DNA of 63,553 bases, the filler included, from Octopus bimaculoides (taxonomy: Eukaryota), in the NCBI RefSeq assembly GCF_001194135.2. It is 7 parts of 6 records of this genome, joined end to end, with 100 filler letters (N's around TTAATTAATTAA, not from the genome) between each part and the next. Parts side by side here need not be neighbours in the genome. Positions count along the whole stretch, not along the records: positions 57,620 to 62,137 come from NC_068991.1; positions 62,238 to 63,553 come from NW_026343402.1; 5 more parts are not named here. One strand, written 5' to 3'. A program made the position numbers and the translations under genes. The first letter of the stretch is position 1. Each line of letters opens with the position of its first letter. Under the pieces are notes generated by a model. It did no database searches. It was not told where the DNA came from and saw nothing but the letters and a program-made list of their open reading frames with translations. Below are positions 60,900 through 63,553 of the stretch, piece by piece.

Positions 60900-61500
60900 T
60901 TACTAACTCATCGTTGCAGCTAGGGTTTATAGCATGTTGAAGCGCTGTTCTCAGAAAATCTTCTGTTGCAGTATAGTTCCTATTTAGAAGACTGCTAAAG
61001 TGTTTCTTCAGCGGCTCAACATGATTTAGCTGTTTGTAAAAATTGTGTTGTCGGTAGTCTTCAAAGTGTCCGTTAAGTTCTGGGTCGGGCCGTAATAGCT
61101 ATTAAGGTTCCTGGAGAATGAATATCGTTGAAGCTCAATAACCATTTGTGTCCACCAGTTATTTTTAATTTTCTCTGGTCTGTGTTTGACATTCCCACAT
61201 ACTCATTTGAAATTTTTGTTCAAGAAATAGGCGAGCATCTCTTTTACTAATGATGAATTTTTTTCTTTATTTGTGTGGAACCGATCTTGGTTCTCCCTTT
61301 TTATGAAGCTAACGGTATTCTTAATTGCTTCTTGTTACGGTTGTTGTCATGTGACGGGTTGTTGTCTACTCTTCATTGGTGTCCTTGTTGCCAGAGGGCC
61401 GTTTTCAAACTGATCTTCGATGTTTTCTTGGAATTCGTATGCATGGTCACTCTAGAAATCATCTCAGTTTTTCACCAGAGAGCGCGTGTTAGCCAGGTCT
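60900..61500 (-). mobile_element. Decayed RTE-clade LINE (endonuclease/RT linker)
   Basis: NNWWTQMVIELQRYS.SRNL..YGPTQ..KHFSSLLNR. Confidence 0.7.
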
Positions 61501-62013
61501 GTAAACTGTGTAAAAAAAAAATCAGTTTTATTGCTCATTCACTTTCTATACGATACACACATGTACCAAAGCATACATAACATGCAGAATTATTTGCAGG
61601 TGGCACATACATCATACAAAATCACATGCATTTTGCGCACCCATCATATATAACTGCTTGTAGATGGTACATAGCTACATAGTACATTCTGACGGGTCAA
61701 TGCCTGATTTTCCAGCTGTAACATTTACTCTTTCTGAGTAAATATTTAACATCCACTACTTCTGTATACACGTGTGATATATATATTTACCGTGCGTTAT
61801 ATTCTGGATATCGATAGTAACGTGTGAGAGTAAATGTACATTTTATAGCGTTCGATAAAGCCTTTTACAGTTAAATTGATTTACCGACTAGTAGAGGATA
61901 TGAATCAATCTAAACTAAGTGGTGTCGTGCATTAATACATATTCTGGTCGAATTTATGATTCTCTCCCTCCCACTCCCCTCTCGCTCCCTGTTTGTCTAT
62001 CTGTCTGACTGTC

Positions 62014-62045
<32 letters not shown>

Positions 62046-62289
62046 CCTCACTCTGTTGGAAATATAACATACATGCATCTCTTTCTTTCTCTTTCTAACT
62101 CTCTCTTCCTCTCTCCCACCCTCTCTCTCTCACTATANNNNNNNNNNNNNNNNNNNNNNNNNNNNNNNNNNNNNNNNNNNNTTAATTAATTAANNNNNNN
62201 NNNNNNNNNNNNNNNNNNNNNNNNNNNNNNNNNNNNNATAATAATAATAATATTAATAATAATAATAATAATATTAATAATAATAATCC

Positions 62290-62420
62290 TTTCTACTGTA
62301 GGCGCAAGGCCTGAAATTTGGGGGAAGGGATTAAGTCGATTACATCGACCCCAGTATGTAACTGGTACTTATTTAATCGACTCCGCAACGATGAGAGGCA
62401 AAGCCGACCTTGGCAGAATA
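62290..62420 (-). mobile_element. Partial SINE family A
   Basis: cctttctactgtaggcgcaaggcctgaaatttgg..gtcgattacatcgaccccag. Confidence 0.8.
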
Positions 62421-62479
62421 ATAATAATGATGATGATGATGATATATTTTACTTGCCACTAGTGTGAAGGATGAGGAGG

Positions 62480-63100
62480 GGGAACAATACAAAACTACTA
62501 CTACAACTATAACTGCTACTACAACCACCGCCACTACCAACCAATATGTGTCCCACCACAAGACACATCAACACCATCACAACCACCAATACTACAATCA
62601 CCATCTACAGTACCACCATCACCACCACCACCGCAATCACTACTACCACTACTATTACTTCTAAAATATTCACCACCAACACTACTACAACCACCACTGC
62701 AATTCACCACCAATAATACATCGATCGCATACACCATCACAATCACAACTACTGTCATTCGTACACTACTACAACCACTACTGCAATCACCACAACCACA
62801 AGCACTACTATCAACACCACCATTACCACTAACACTGCCACCAATACTACCAATACAAGAGTTATCACCACTACTACCACCAACATTATCACCACAACAA
62901 CCACTACCACCACAATAAACTCTACCACCACAACTACCAACACCACAGCCGCCGCCGCCACCACTATTAAAATACCCACTACCACCATCACTATCACCAC
63001 CACCATCAACACTATCACCGCCGCCGCCACCATAATCAACACCAGTATCATCACCACTACCACCACCGACCTTACACTTCTTCCCACCCCCTCACCAGCC
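62480..63100. repeat. Degenerate (ACC/ACT/CAN)n trinucleotide low-complexity tract
   Basis: Directly visible. Confidence 0.9.
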
Positions 63101-63553
63101 ACGTCCATAATGACCGCAGTGTCCATCGTGATGACCAGTCCAGCTAATGAAGAGAAAATAGAATTAGCATGACCACATTGAAGATTTACGAAGATTGTGA
63201 AAGTCTGCTGGGAATTGACAACGGTCACGGAACGCTGACGAAGTAATCCCGTGCAGCTGTATAGTAATGTGTACGACACACACACACACACATGTACATA
63301 TGGATATATATATATATATATACACATATATATACACACACACATATCACACATATATATATACACACACACATATCACACATATATATATACACAAATA
63401 CACACATATATATACATATACATATATATATATGCACATACATATATATACACATCTACATATACACATACATATATGTACATATACACATACATATATG
63501 TACATATACACATATACGTATATATACACATATACGTATATATACACATATAC

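Noticed and set aside
62717-63372. Thr-rich plus frame and Val-rich 205-aa minus ORF (mucin-like appearance)
   Set aside because: Degenerate trinucleotide tract; the Thr register shifts frame near 62760, with no start codon or acceptor in suitable position.

Overview
Eukaryotic, AT-rich, gap-ridden scaffold segment. The SINE/LINE repertoire and microsatellite load point to a coleoid cephalopod, most likely Octopus (inference from recalled repeat families; no database search was run). The only confidently recognised host coding sequence is two consecutive plus-strand exons of a hemicentin-1-like gene (36395-36566 and 37838-38062, just downstream of the VWA domain), so most of the window is probably giant intron. 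The rest is a mosaic of tRNA-derived SINEs (at least five head/core/tail combinations), decayed RTE, CR1/L2, Tx1/L1 and R4/Dong-like LINEs, four separate Penelope-like (PLE) fragments, mariner/Tc1 remnants, TTAA-flanked piggyBac-type MITEs, Helitron pieces and microsatellites. The most unusual structures are long foldbacks (85-426, 15616-16370, 54650-54751) and three degenerate minimal hammerhead-ribozyme-like motifs (16523, 49258, 54743), two of them next to a foldback, suggesting a family of non-coding PLE-derived hairpin/ribozyme retroelements. There is also a possible signal-peptide exon near 60.5-60.8 kb. Several apparent features are assembly artefacts: TTAATTAATTAA gap linkers and duplications across 10-N gaps.
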